Source: Planctomycetota bacterium (GTDB taxonomy: Bacteria > Planctomycetota > UBA8108 > UBA1146). Taken from it: 58,750 nt of DNA. A program made the position numbers and the translations under genes. Position 1 is the stretch's first letter; every line of letters starts with the position of its first letter. This document shows, piece by piece, positions 47,255 to 56,128 of the stretch. Where the stretch lies: contig JAYZBV010000057.1 in NCBI GenBank assembly GCA_036338595.1, positions 1-58,750 on the forward strand, given 5' to 3'. A model generated the notes under the pieces. That model saw only the letters and a program-made list of their open reading frames with translations. It did not search any database and was not told where the DNA came from.

Positions 47255-48867
47255 GGCTGACGTCGCAACCTGAAGGCGGAAGTCAGCAGTTTCTGCAGTG
47301 ACTGCACTTCTCCCGATCGGACCGCTCGTCCGACCAAGATGGCAATCCCCAGCCCAGCAGGTGCACTGGCAACCACCAGCACCAGATCGGCAATCCACCC
47401 GTTATCGATGAGTTGGCGGATCACGAAGGTGACCAGCAGGGCCCAGCAAGCGACGGCGCTGGTGACAGCCAAATTAGTCAGCACGGCAGCGCTTCGGGGT
47501 TTTGGCAATGCCAGGTACCGTCTCAATCCGATTTCAAGTACTACCCAGCTGCACAGCGTCGAGGTCACCGATGCAGCCGCCAGGCCCGAGATTCCGAAAG
47601 CACCATCCAGAAGCAAGATCATGGTCAGGTTCACCGCAACTCCGATGGCGGCGGAAAGGAAGATCAGAGGTCTTTTTTTCATCGCCAGTGCTGTGCGCAA
47701 CAGAGCCGGAAGCAAGCACGAGAAGGGAATCGCCAGACAGTAGATTCTGAGCGTCTCGATGGTCTGCTGGGCGTCCTGGGCATTGAACTTACCGTGTTGC
47801 AAAATGAGTCGGATCAGTGGTGCCGACAAGATGGCGAGTCCGGCTGCAGCCGGCAGGGCTATGAACAGAGTGGTACGCTGGTTGCGACCGATGCGCCGTG
47901 CCAATGCTCGCCACCACGAACGGCTCACCAGTCGCGCAGCATCGACTCCGGCAACGGTTCCCAGGGCCACTCCGATGAGGCCGATCGGTAAAAAGTGGAA
48001 ACGGAATGCGTTTTCGAGTTGGGTGATGCTGCCGGCCCCCAGGTCGGAGGCAAAACGCATCGCGATGAGCGAATTGAGGTAGGTCAATCCCGATGCCAGC
48101 ACCAGCAACCCCAGATCACAGATGAGTCTGCCGATCCCTGGACCCCAGATCCTCCAGGTCGGAAGTGGCAACTTTTCGGCGCCTCGCGAAGCCCATCCGA
48201 GCAGCAAAAGACCCGCGATGGATCCCGCCAGGAACGCCCTGGCCCAGGCGCTGGCAGATTCGCCCAGCGGTAGGCCCTTGTAGACCAGAACAAGCCCCAC
48301 AAGCACCAGAACGGCGTTCTGGAGCGTCTGAGAAGCCGCTGCGGCGCGATTCCGGTCAGCACCGAGCAAGATCCCCCGTAGTACCGCCAAAAAAGGCACG
48401 ACGAGCAGGTATGGCAGCAATTGAGTCAGTAGCGTCGTGGCCTGGGCCTGGTTCTCCAGTCCGGGGGCCAGTTGCCCGATCACCTCCGGTGCCCACCACC
48501 AGAATACTGCAACCAGCAGCGAGCAGAGCAACAGCAAGAGGGTGACCACGGAACGGGAGTAGCGATGGGCGGCAGCGATTCCAGCGCGGATTTTCTGGTC
48601 CTGATGAGCGGGAATGAAGGCCGCAGAAATCGATCCTTCTGACAGCAGGTCGCGAATCGTTGCAGGAATTTTAAGGGCTGCCCGAAGGGCGTCGGCGGCG
48701 GGGGTCGCACCGAGTAGGGCAGTCAACAGGGCATCTCTGGCAACTCCGAGGATCCGTGAGATGAAGAGCATCCCGGTCATCGCTCCGGCGCGGCTTGCAC
48801 CATCACCGGTGCTCTCCGCATTCAACTCTTCGTTCGTCGTCACGGTTCGCCCACCTCCGTCCGTCAT
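47251..48867 (-). CDS. murJ: MurJ/MviN lipid II flippase family protein
   Basis: SRILG.ARD, ADA...A.KIP..IR.L.SEG.ISAAFIP, A.R...LPIGLIG, L.HGKF...D. Start 48867 or GTG 48843. Confidence 0.8.
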   Translation of the reverse strand: MTDGGGRTVTTNEELNAESTGDGASRAGAMTGMLFISRILGVARDALLTALLGATPAADALRAALKIPATIRDLLSEGSISAAFIPAHQDQKIRAGIAAAHRYSRSVVTLLLLLCSLLVAVFWWWAPEVIGQLAPGLENQAQATTLLTQLLPYLLVVPFLAVLRGILLGADRNRAAAASQTLQNAVLVLVGLVLVYKGLPLGESASAWARAFLAGSIAGLLLLGWASRGAEKLPLPTWRIWGPGIGRLICDLGLLVLASGLTYLNSLIAMRFASDLGAGSITQLENAFRFHFLPIGLIGVALGTVAGVDAARLVSRSWWRALARRIGRNQRTTLFIALPAAAGLAILSAPLIRLILQHGKFNAQDAQQTIETLRIYCLAIPFSCLLPALLRTALAMKKRPLIFLSAAIGVAVNLTMILLLDGAFGISGLAAASVTSTLCSWVVLEIGLRRYLALPKPRSAAVLTNLAVTSAVACWALLVTFVIRQLIDNGWIADLVLVVASAPAGLGIAILVGRAVRSGEVQSLQKLLTSAFRLRRQP

Positions 48868-48882
48868 GGTACAGGAAAATAT

Positions 48883-48920
48883 AAAAAAGTGGGCGAGGCC
48901 TTTTTGGACCTCGCCCACTT
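48883..48920 (-). terminator. Rho-independent terminator after the 48958-52221 gene
   Basis: AAGTGGGCGAGG...CCTCGCCCACTT inverted repeat followed by a U-run on the minus strand. Confidence 0.8.
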
Positions 48921-48957
48921 GAAATCATCTCTGCTCAACGAACCGACTCAGGGTCGA

Positions 48958-51900
48958 TCAGGGGCAGTTGTTGTACTCGGCGCAGTCGAGATTGTCCGCA
49001 GTTGGATCCTCACCGCAATCTCCGAATGGATCCGGAGGATTGTTACCACCGCTGAAGAGGGTGCCGAGGATGAAAATGGCATCGGCGATGTTGATAGAAC
49101 CGTCGTCGTTGGCATCACAGGCGTCGACACAGGTGCTGTCAGGACCTCCCGAGAAGAGGTTTCCGAGCAAGAAGATGGCATCAGCGATGTTGAAGCCGCC
49201 ATCGGCGTTGCAGTCACCGCGCTGGAATCCAAGCGTGGGAGGAGACCCTCCACCGGCCAGGAAATCATGATATGCGGCGATGAGAGCATTCTGATCACCC
49301 TGGTAGCCACCCAGTTCGAAACTGGCGCAGATCACTCTAGCCCCGTTATCGGGGATGTAGGCGGTGGTGGTGCCTTGATCGACACCGAGGGCATCATCGT
49401 AACGCCACACCAGTCCGGCAGATCCTCCGGCCAGTTCAGCAGTGGCAGGAATCAGGTTGTCAGTGAAGTCATTGGCATTGCCAGTGGCTGCCTGGTTGTC
49501 CTGATTGTAGGCCACGTTCTGCAAACTCGACATGTCGAGGCCCATTCCGGAGTCGACCCCGTCGAGAGAAGTGAGCAGGTCGTTGTCATCCTGAGAGTAG
49601 GGCTCGGCAACTCCGTCTCGATCGTCGAAAGAAGAGATCGGATGGTTGAAGCTCCAGTGGTCAGTGCTCTCGAAGTAAATGGCAACACCGGCTGATGCAA
49701 GATCAGCGATGACGTTGGCCTCGTCCGAGTTGAGCAGGAAATTGGTCGGCCAGGTACCGCAGGCGATCCACACCTGGCTGACTCCGCCAGAGTTGATACA
49801 AGCGTAATCATCGATCTGCATTCGGATCAACTTGGCGTTGGCACCGCCAGCCAGAAGCCCGGCCAGCATCGTTGCTCCTGAATCATTGCTGCCCGTATCA
49901 CCACCGCTGAACAGGCCTTCCATGGCGACCACAATTGTATCTTCGCCGTTGTAACTGAAGTGATCGACGAAGCCGATGGCCTCAGCAGCGCCGACAGCGC
50001 AGATACCGCGTACGGTGTAATCGTGGAGGCCATCGCTGGGGCCACCATCGGAATAGGTCGTATCCGTGCCCGCGACGGTGGCCACAACGACTCCATCCCG
50101 TTCGATCTCGATACTGTTGTAAGTCGCGCTGTTGATCCAGGAGAGTTCTACGGTGTTGGTATTGCAGTCGCTGGTGATGATCAGATCGCCAGGTGCATCA
50201 CACTGGGCCGGGCAAACCTGGATTGCCCAGTTACTAATGATGCCGCCGGTACCAGGCACCGTGTCCGCGACGGTCAACGTCCAGTCTCCTCCGATGCTTT
50301 CGCCATCGAAGTCGGCGAGTGAACCGGGTCCTGAGGGGATCAGAGTGCCGAAACCGTCATTGTTGCCGGTGGCATCGTCGTAGCGACCGAACAGGTCAGT
50401 TCCTGCTCCATGGTCGTGCAAGCGGACCGAGGTTCCCTGTGGGGAGAGCAAATCCACTTCCAGGTCGGATGTGTCGTTATGGGCGACATCGATGTCCACA
50501 TCCAGATCGTTGATCCCGGTCAAGTCAGCGGGATCGACAGAGATCACATGGTCGCTTGCAGAAGTTCCATCGGGAATGTCCTGTGGTTGGCTGATGAATA
50601 GCCCCCAGGACTCGAGGGTTCCTCCTGCGGATCCACTGAAAGTATCGGCGATGACTATCGCCCAGACCCCGTCAACAGGCTCACCATTAAAATCGGCGAG
50701 GCTTGCGGTGCCCTGTGAAAGATCATAGGGCTGCATTCGTTCACCGCTGTAGGTCGTTACGCTACCGTAGGGTTGTCCGTCATCATCGAAGATCAGCAAC
50801 ATGTCGTCGTCTGAATTCGTTTCATTCTGATAGAGGCGGATTTGCGTCTGGGACGGTCCGATCAGGTCGATGTCCAGGTTTCCGATGAAGGCATGGGAGA
50901 TGTCGATGGCGACATCCAGATCCGCGATGTCACCTGAAGCTCCGCTGAGATCGATGAAGTCAAAGTCCGGCACCGGGGGATCACCGACGTAGTCGATGGG
51001 CATTCCGGGTGAACTACTGGCGGTTGTTCCGACAAATCCAAGCAGTTCGATGTTTGGATTCGGGAACTGGTGACAGTCAGCGGGGGGACAAAGGATGGTG
51101 AGAGTTGCATTGCCACGCTCTCCGTTGAAGCCGCCAAACTGGATCAGATAGTCCTCTCCGGCGATGGCGTCGAGCAAGATCTCCGGTTCTCCCGATCCGG
51201 TGCAACTGCCCGCATCACAAGCGATTTCTGAACCGGTAGCAGGTGGACATTGACCACTGCCGGGGTAGATCGCCATCTGGGGATTGAAGTCTGCGCTGCC
51301 ACAAGTCGTCACGGTCACGATGCCACTGCAGGTGGCGCTGTAGAGTACCCACACATCGTTGAGAAGGCTGCCGCCACAAGTGGTCGGGCCATCGGTGGAG
51401 GCACCGAGAGTGGTCAGGTTGTAGGCACCTTCGATAACGTTGGTGGCATTGGTGCAGTCGTCATTGGCAGGAGGGGGGGCGCAACTCGGATCGCCGGCAC
51501 AGTCACTGTCGGCGCAGTCGACATCTCCATCGCCATCATCGTCGGTACCGTTATCACAATCCTCCGGGCAAGTATTGGAGGAGCCGGGAGTATCAAAGGG
51601 CTGGCCAAGATCTGCAAAGGGGAGAATCTCCCAGGAGCCGTTTGCATCGGGACAACGCACGATATGTGCCGGAACGAAGGTCCCATCGGGGCCGATGGTA
51701 TTGGGGCTGTAGATCAGTTCTCCCGCGCTGGTATTGCCAGTAATGGGATCGATGGGATCCTCGAGAAGTGCGATGGAATCGACGATAGAAGTCCACGGGG
51801 TGCTGTCGAGGTTGCCATCGTCGTCGGTGTCCAGGTCATCCCCTACAGCTCCGCTGAATCCCTCCACCAGCATGTGGGTCACGTTGTCACCGTTCTCGAA

Positions 51901-52221
51901 GTTGAGATCTGTCGTCAAGTCGGCCAGGCCGATCGTGAAGGTGGATTCGGCCGCTACGAACAGGCCACTGGGGGGGACGATCACACCAAACAGACCGACG
52001 ACAGCTTCGACGGTTCCGCTACCTGTGGATCCATCTCCGATCACTATGTAAGTGAGCGTCGAGATCGAACTACCCGCGGGGACTGACAGTTCAAAATACT
52101 CATCATTATCAGTACTCGATTGATCGATACGAATCTCATTGATCGTGACCTGACCGTCGAGCAGAGCAGGGCTCAGAATGAGCGACAACAATAGTATCGA
52201 TGCAAAAAATGGACTCTTCAT
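48958..52221 (-). CDS. Secreted multidomain protein: lamin-tail-like, Cys/Asp metal-binding repeat, PPC-like, 2 proprotein-convertase P-domains, FN3-like, alpha/beta domain, dockerin-like
   Basis: Signal peptide; INEIRID..EYFEL; DCDNGTDDDGDGDVDCADSDC; 2x DLDV.IDI.H....L.IDL..P.GT..RL..LADF.GE...G.W; FQRGDCN tail. Confidence 0.8.
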   Translation of the reverse strand: MKSPFFASILLLSLILSPALLDGQVTINEIRIDQSSTDNDEYFELSVPAGSSISTLTYIVIGDGSTGSGTVEAVVGLFGVIVPPSGLFVAAESTFTIGLADLTTDLNFENGDNVTHMLVEGFSGAVGDDLDTDDDGNLDSTPWTSIVDSIALLEDPIDPITGNTSAGELIYSPNTIGPDGTFVPAHIVRCPDANGSWEILPFADLGQPFDTPGSSNTCPEDCDNGTDDDGDGDVDCADSDCAGDPSCAPPPANDDCTNATNVIEGAYNLTTLGASTDGPTTCGGSLLNDVWVLYSATCSGIVTVTTCGSADFNPQMAIYPGSGQCPPATGSEIACDAGSCTGSGEPEILLDAIAGEDYLIQFGGFNGERGNATLTILCPPADCHQFPNPNIELLGFVGTTASSSPGMPIDYVGDPPVPDFDFIDLSGASGDIADLDVAIDISHAFIGNLDIDLIGPSQTQIRLYQNETNSDDDMLLIFDDDGQPYGSVTTYSGERMQPYDLSQGTASLADFNGEPVDGVWAIVIADTFSGSAGGTLESWGLFISQPQDIPDGTSASDHVISVDPADLTGINDLDVDIDVAHNDTSDLEVDLLSPQGTSVRLHDHGAGTDLFGRYDDATGNNDGFGTLIPSGPGSLADFDGESIGGDWTLTVADTVPGTGGIISNWAIQVCPAQCDAPGDLIITSDCNTNTVELSWINSATYNSIEIERDGVVVATVAGTDTTYSDGGPSDGLHDYTVRGICAVGAAEAIGFVDHFSYNGEDTIVVAMEGLFSGGDTGSNDSGATMLAGLLAGGANAKLIRMQIDDYACINSGGVSQVWIACGTWPTNFLLNSDEANVIADLASAGVAIYFESTDHWSFNHPISSFDDRDGVAEPYSQDDNDLLTSLDGVDSGMGLDMSSLQNVAYNQDNQAATGNANDFTDNLIPATAELAGGSAGLVWRYDDALGVDQGTTTAYIPDNGARVICASFELGGYQGDQNALIAAYHDFLAGGGSPPTLGFQRGDCNADGGFNIADAIFLLGNLFSGGPDSTCVDACDANDDGSINIADAIFILGTLFSGGNNPPDPFGDCGEDPTADNLDCAEYNNCP

Positions 52222-52414
52222 CACAACCTCCAACGAAGAGACGAACCCAGGCACGCAGTAAAAACTGACAGGCCGAATTCGATTGAAATAGGCAGACCTC
52301 CAACAACTCCCATCCTAAGGCTCACTCCGGAGACTCGCAACGCGGGGAAGTCCGAATCTCGCGGGGATCGTTGGGGACAAGAGAGAGATCCTTGGCTTGT
52401 AAATGTACAGACAG

Positions 52415-52463
52415 AGAAAAGATCGAAGGGTGGCAGGAGCATTGGCTCCCACCACCCCTCGAT
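52415..52463 (-). terminator. Rho-independent terminator after the 52487-55885 gene
   Basis: Minus-strand AUCGAGGGGUGGUGGGAGC-CAAU-GCUCCUGCCACCCUUCGAU, a 19-bp stem with GU pairs, followed by CUUUU. Confidence 0.75.
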
Positions 52464-52486
52464 ATCAAACTTACGACAACTAGCCT

Positions 52487-55400
52487 CTAGCAAGCGCCGT
52501 AGTCACACTCATCCAGACCATCGTCGGATGGGTCTGGGCCACAGTTCGTCGGTCCCGGATCCCCGGGGGCGGGTCCGCCCGAGAAGAGAGCGGCCAGGCC
52601 GTAGATGGCATCGGCGATGTTTACGCCACCGTCATCGTTCTGGTCGCAAGAGTCGGGACAGAGACATGGATCTCCACCGGAGAACAGTGCAGCGAGCAGG
52701 AAGATCTGGTCAGCGATGTTGAAGCCACCATCTTGGTTGGCATCACCACGCCTGAAGACAATCTGACTCGCCCCAAATGCATCGTGGTAGCGCTGGGCGA
52801 GAATCGTCTGATCCCCACCGAAGCCGCCGAATTCCCAGCTGGTACTGATGGTCTTTCCGCCGGAATCGGTGTTGTAGAAGATACCCGTGACGTAGTTGGT
52901 TTCCGGTGCCGGCGAAGGAATACTACCGCCGAAGACGCCATCCGGATTGTTTTCCCAGATCGCTCCCGCATTCGGTCCAGCAGCATCGCTGGTGGCCGGG
53001 GTCAGGATATCGGTCCAGTCATCACCGAGACCGAAGTCCTGGGTGTAGGCCGCTCCAGCGAAATCACTGGTATCGAGTCCGAAGCCACTATCGAGGCCGT
53101 TCATCGAGGTGTAACTGTCATCTCCGTCACCTGTGTCGTAAGTCGAATCGTCGTTGCCGTCACGCGAATCGAACAGTGATGCAACGTGGGCGAAGCCGAA
53201 GTGGTCGCCACCTTCGAAGTAAACGTTTTTACCGTCGATGTTGGCCTGCCCGATGGCATCACCTTCTGCTTGGTCGATGCGGTAATCGGTCGGAACCGTT
53301 CCGGTCATCACCCACAAGTTGGCGACACCGGCATCGTTGGCGCAGGGGTAATCGGCAATCGAAGCGCGGACCATTCCGACATCGGCGCCGATAGAGGTCA
53401 GGGCAGCCAGCATGGCGCTACCACTGTCGATGTCACCAAAGTCGCCGTTTTGCTGCAGACCTTCCATCGCCAAGACGATGTCGGTCTGACCGCTGTAGGT
53501 CAGTACGGAAACAGGCACCACGACAGGATTCGGGCCGCTTCCACAGTCACCGATGATCTCATAGACGTGATCACCGTCAGCTACGCCGAGGTCGACATAA
53601 GAGGAATCTGTGGCTGGAGGATTGGCGATGGAGACACCGTCTCTGGTGATTTCCATCGATGCATAGTTCGGGTTCGCAGTCCAACTAAGGGTTACGTCAC
53701 CGTTGGTGCAGTCTGCCGAACCACCAGCGCCTGCCGGAGGAATGCAGTCATTGATGGTCAAAGTTCCATCACCGAGACCCGCCTGGTTGAAGGTACCGAC
53801 ACGGATCATGTAACTCTGTCCGGCGATTGCGGGGAACAGGAGTTGCGCGGCAAACCCGCACAGCGGGTTGCCAGCAGGAGGCGCAGTTCCACCAGGTGTG
53901 GTGGCACCGGTTTCCGCGTCGTCGTTACACATGATGACGTTTGCGGAGTCGTCGCTGTTGCAATCGCTGTAGACCGCGAGGCGGGTATCAAAGATGGTTC
54001 CACCGCAGGTCGAGACCAGCACGTCGCCGGTGCTTCCAGCGGTGTAGCAGTAGTAAAGGTCGTTGAAGATGCCATCGTTACCGATGTTCATGGCGCAGAC
54101 GGCCGGATCAAGATTGGGTCCGGTGGTCAGAACCGCGTTGGTGATACTGAAATCGGTGTCACCGACTGCGATCGCCTCAGCACCCTCGAACCAACTGTTT
54201 GCCGGAGCGGTGTTGAAATCACAACCGGCGTAGTTGATCTGTGCTCCACCTCCCGTGGATCCTCCGGGAGCATCGTAAGCGGCGATGAAACACTGCTGTA
54301 TCTCATAAGCAGTTTGGGGATCGGTCTGGAAAGTGGTTGCCGTGCCATCCAGGGTTGCGACGATATCACCGTCGACTTCAACCTCGTAGGAGCCGATGGG
54401 ACCAACCGGGTCCCAGTTCAGATCCCACTGGGTGGTTCCGGGAGTCTGCTGACAGGTCAGGTTTGAAACTCCACCTCCACAGGTGCAAGGACCAGCACTA
54501 TCCCAGGCGATATCCATGATCCACATGTTGGTCGGGAATCCGAGCCCCACCATGTCGATGGGATTCGTCAGTCCACAGGCCGGAGCGAGAATGTAACTGC
54601 CACCGATCTGGTCGGCCGTGGTGGTCGTAGCAGGATCGGGCATCCCCATGAACAGGCTGTGGCCGGCGGCTTGTCCGTCAGGAGTGAAGATCTCGACGAC
54701 AAGGGTTTCCCCATCGAGACAACCGATGACGGTCGAAGCGGAACCCGCGAGGGTTCCATCCGGATCCACCACGCCAGTTCCGAGAACGAAGTTGTAGAGT
54801 TCATTGGCGACCACGGGGACCTGGAACAGTTCCTCGTAGACCATGGTCATCGAAGTCAAAGGCCCGACGGCGCCACCGTTGGCATCGATGTTCAGACGCA
54901 CGCGCACCGGTTGGGTGGTGCCTGCAGCCGGGTTCGAATTGAAGACGGTCGTGACGCACTTGACATCGATGTTCTCGACGACCGAGTAGTTGTTACAGAG
55001 ATCGTAGGCGCGGTAGTAGTGGTTATCAGCATGCAGTCCACCAGCGTTACAGGAGACGGCTCCGCCAAAGGGTTGGTTAGAAGGTACGGGTACCAGAGTG
55101 GCCCCGGAGGTGGCGGGACATGGAGTCGAGAAGAAGTAAGAGCATGTCGTAGTCGGAGCAGTTGACCCTCCCGATTCGCCAACGGCAATCAGGGTGTGCC
55201 CACCATCGGCCGCAGGTGAGTAGAGGAAACTGTTGTTTCCACCGGCGCCAACACCAGCAACGGTGGTGATCAGATTTGCCGGATCGACGGCATCGAGATA
55301 AATATTGACGTTGTCGTAGAAAACGTCCTCGGTCCACTCCATCAACACTTCGTTGGTTCCAGTGCTTTGGTCAGGTGTACAAGCAAGGTTGCTCACCGGG

Positions 55401-55885
55401 ATCAGACTGCTGAATTCGATCGTCAGATTTCCGGTTCCGACGGAGGCTGCATCCCAGCCACCGATACGGATGTAGTAATCAGTGTTGGCTTGAACGGGGA
55501 AAATGTCGACGAAGGAAGAGAAACCCGCACAACCGGCTCCGTCACCGTTGCAAGCGACAGTCGTTTGAGCGCCGCAAGCACCGGTGCTAATCAGGATGTC
55601 TGTATCAAAGGTGACATCGTTGCAGGTTGACATCGTCACTATGCCATCTTGGGCGGGGTTCCAGACGAACCAGATGTCAGATTCGCAGGTTCCTATGGCT
55701 GTGCCAGCACATGCTGCATCGTCGATAGGATCTGCGCTGGTTGTTGCCGCAGTGTTGTCAATCGGGGTAACGGAAGTACCGCTCACGAATGGAATCGCCA
55801 CTGCACTTGCACACTCGTCCTGGGCCAACGCTACGGTTGGCATCACAAACGAAAACACAACTCCCATGATAATAAGAAAACGCAT
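52487..55885 (-). CDS. Secreted multidomain Cys-rich protein (PPC-like x2, FN3-like repeats, unknown domains, dockerin-like)
   Basis: Signal peptide ..ALAQD; STC..FDT..ACN.D repeats; FRRGDAN tail. Confidence 0.8.
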   Translation of the reverse strand: MRFLIIMGVVFSFVMPTVALAQDECASAVAIPFVSGTSVTPIDNTAATTSADPIDDAACAGTAIGTCESDIWFVWNPAQDGIVTMSTCNDVTFDTDILISTGACGAQTTVACNGDGAGCAGFSSFVDIFPVQANTDYYIRIGGWDAASVGTGNLTIEFSSLIPVSNLACTPDQSTGTNEVLMEWTEDVFYDNVNIYLDAVDPANLITTVAGVGAGGNNSFLYSPAADGGHTLIAVGESGGSTAPTTTCSYFFSTPCPATSGATLVPVPSNQPFGGAVSCNAGGLHADNHYYRAYDLCNNYSVVENIDVKCVTTVFNSNPAAGTTQPVRVRLNIDANGGAVGPLTSMTMVYEELFQVPVVANELYNFVLGTGVVDPDGTLAGSASTVIGCLDGETLVVEIFTPDGQAAGHSLFMGMPDPATTTTADQIGGSYILAPACGLTNPIDMVGLGFPTNMWIMDIAWDSAGPCTCGGGVSNLTCQQTPGTTQWDLNWDPVGPIGSYEVEVDGDIVATLDGTATTFQTDPQTAYEIQQCFIAAYDAPGGSTGGGAQINYAGCDFNTAPANSWFEGAEAIAVGDTDFSITNAVLTTGPNLDPAVCAMNIGNDGIFNDLYYCYTAGSTGDVLVSTCGGTIFDTRLAVYSDCNSDDSANVIMCNDDAETGATTPGGTAPPAGNPLCGFAAQLLFPAIAGQSYMIRVGTFNQAGLGDGTLTINDCIPPAGAGGSADCTNGDVTLSWTANPNYASMEITRDGVSIANPPATDSSYVDLGVADGDHVYEIIGDCGSGPNPVVVPVSVLTYSGQTDIVLAMEGLQQNGDFGDIDSGSAMLAALTSIGADVGMVRASIADYPCANDAGVANLWVMTGTVPTDYRIDQAEGDAIGQANIDGKNVYFEGGDHFGFAHVASLFDSRDGNDDSTYDTGDGDDSYTSMNGLDSGFGLDTSDFAGAAYTQDFGLGDDWTDILTPATSDAAGPNAGAIWENNPDGVFGGSIPSPAPETNYVTGIFYNTDSGGKTISTSWEFGGFGGDQTILAQRYHDAFGASQIVFRRGDANQDGGFNIADQIFLLAALFSGGDPCLCPDSCDQNDDGGVNIADAIYGLAALFSGGPAPGDPGPTNCGPDPSDDGLDECDYGAC

Positions 55886-56128
55886 CTACCTTTTCCCTTC
55901 GGTGCGGACATGGAGAGAACCCCACCCCTCACAGGTGAGAATCCGCAAAAATTGAATCAAAATTTCTGGTACAGGAACCCGTTACAGATGGCCGAAACTC
56001 CCATCGGGAATCACTGACCTTCGTATCGGAACCATCCAGCCCAACATTGCAAATTTACCCAAGGGATGGCGTGGGTCAAGTGGCCGAGAACCCAATAACA
56101 GCCACCTTTGGAGCAGAATCCCGACAAA

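Noticed and set aside
53186..54466. 426-aa plus-strand ORF
   Set aside because: Antisense shadow of the well-supported 52487-55885 gene; no recognisable motifs.
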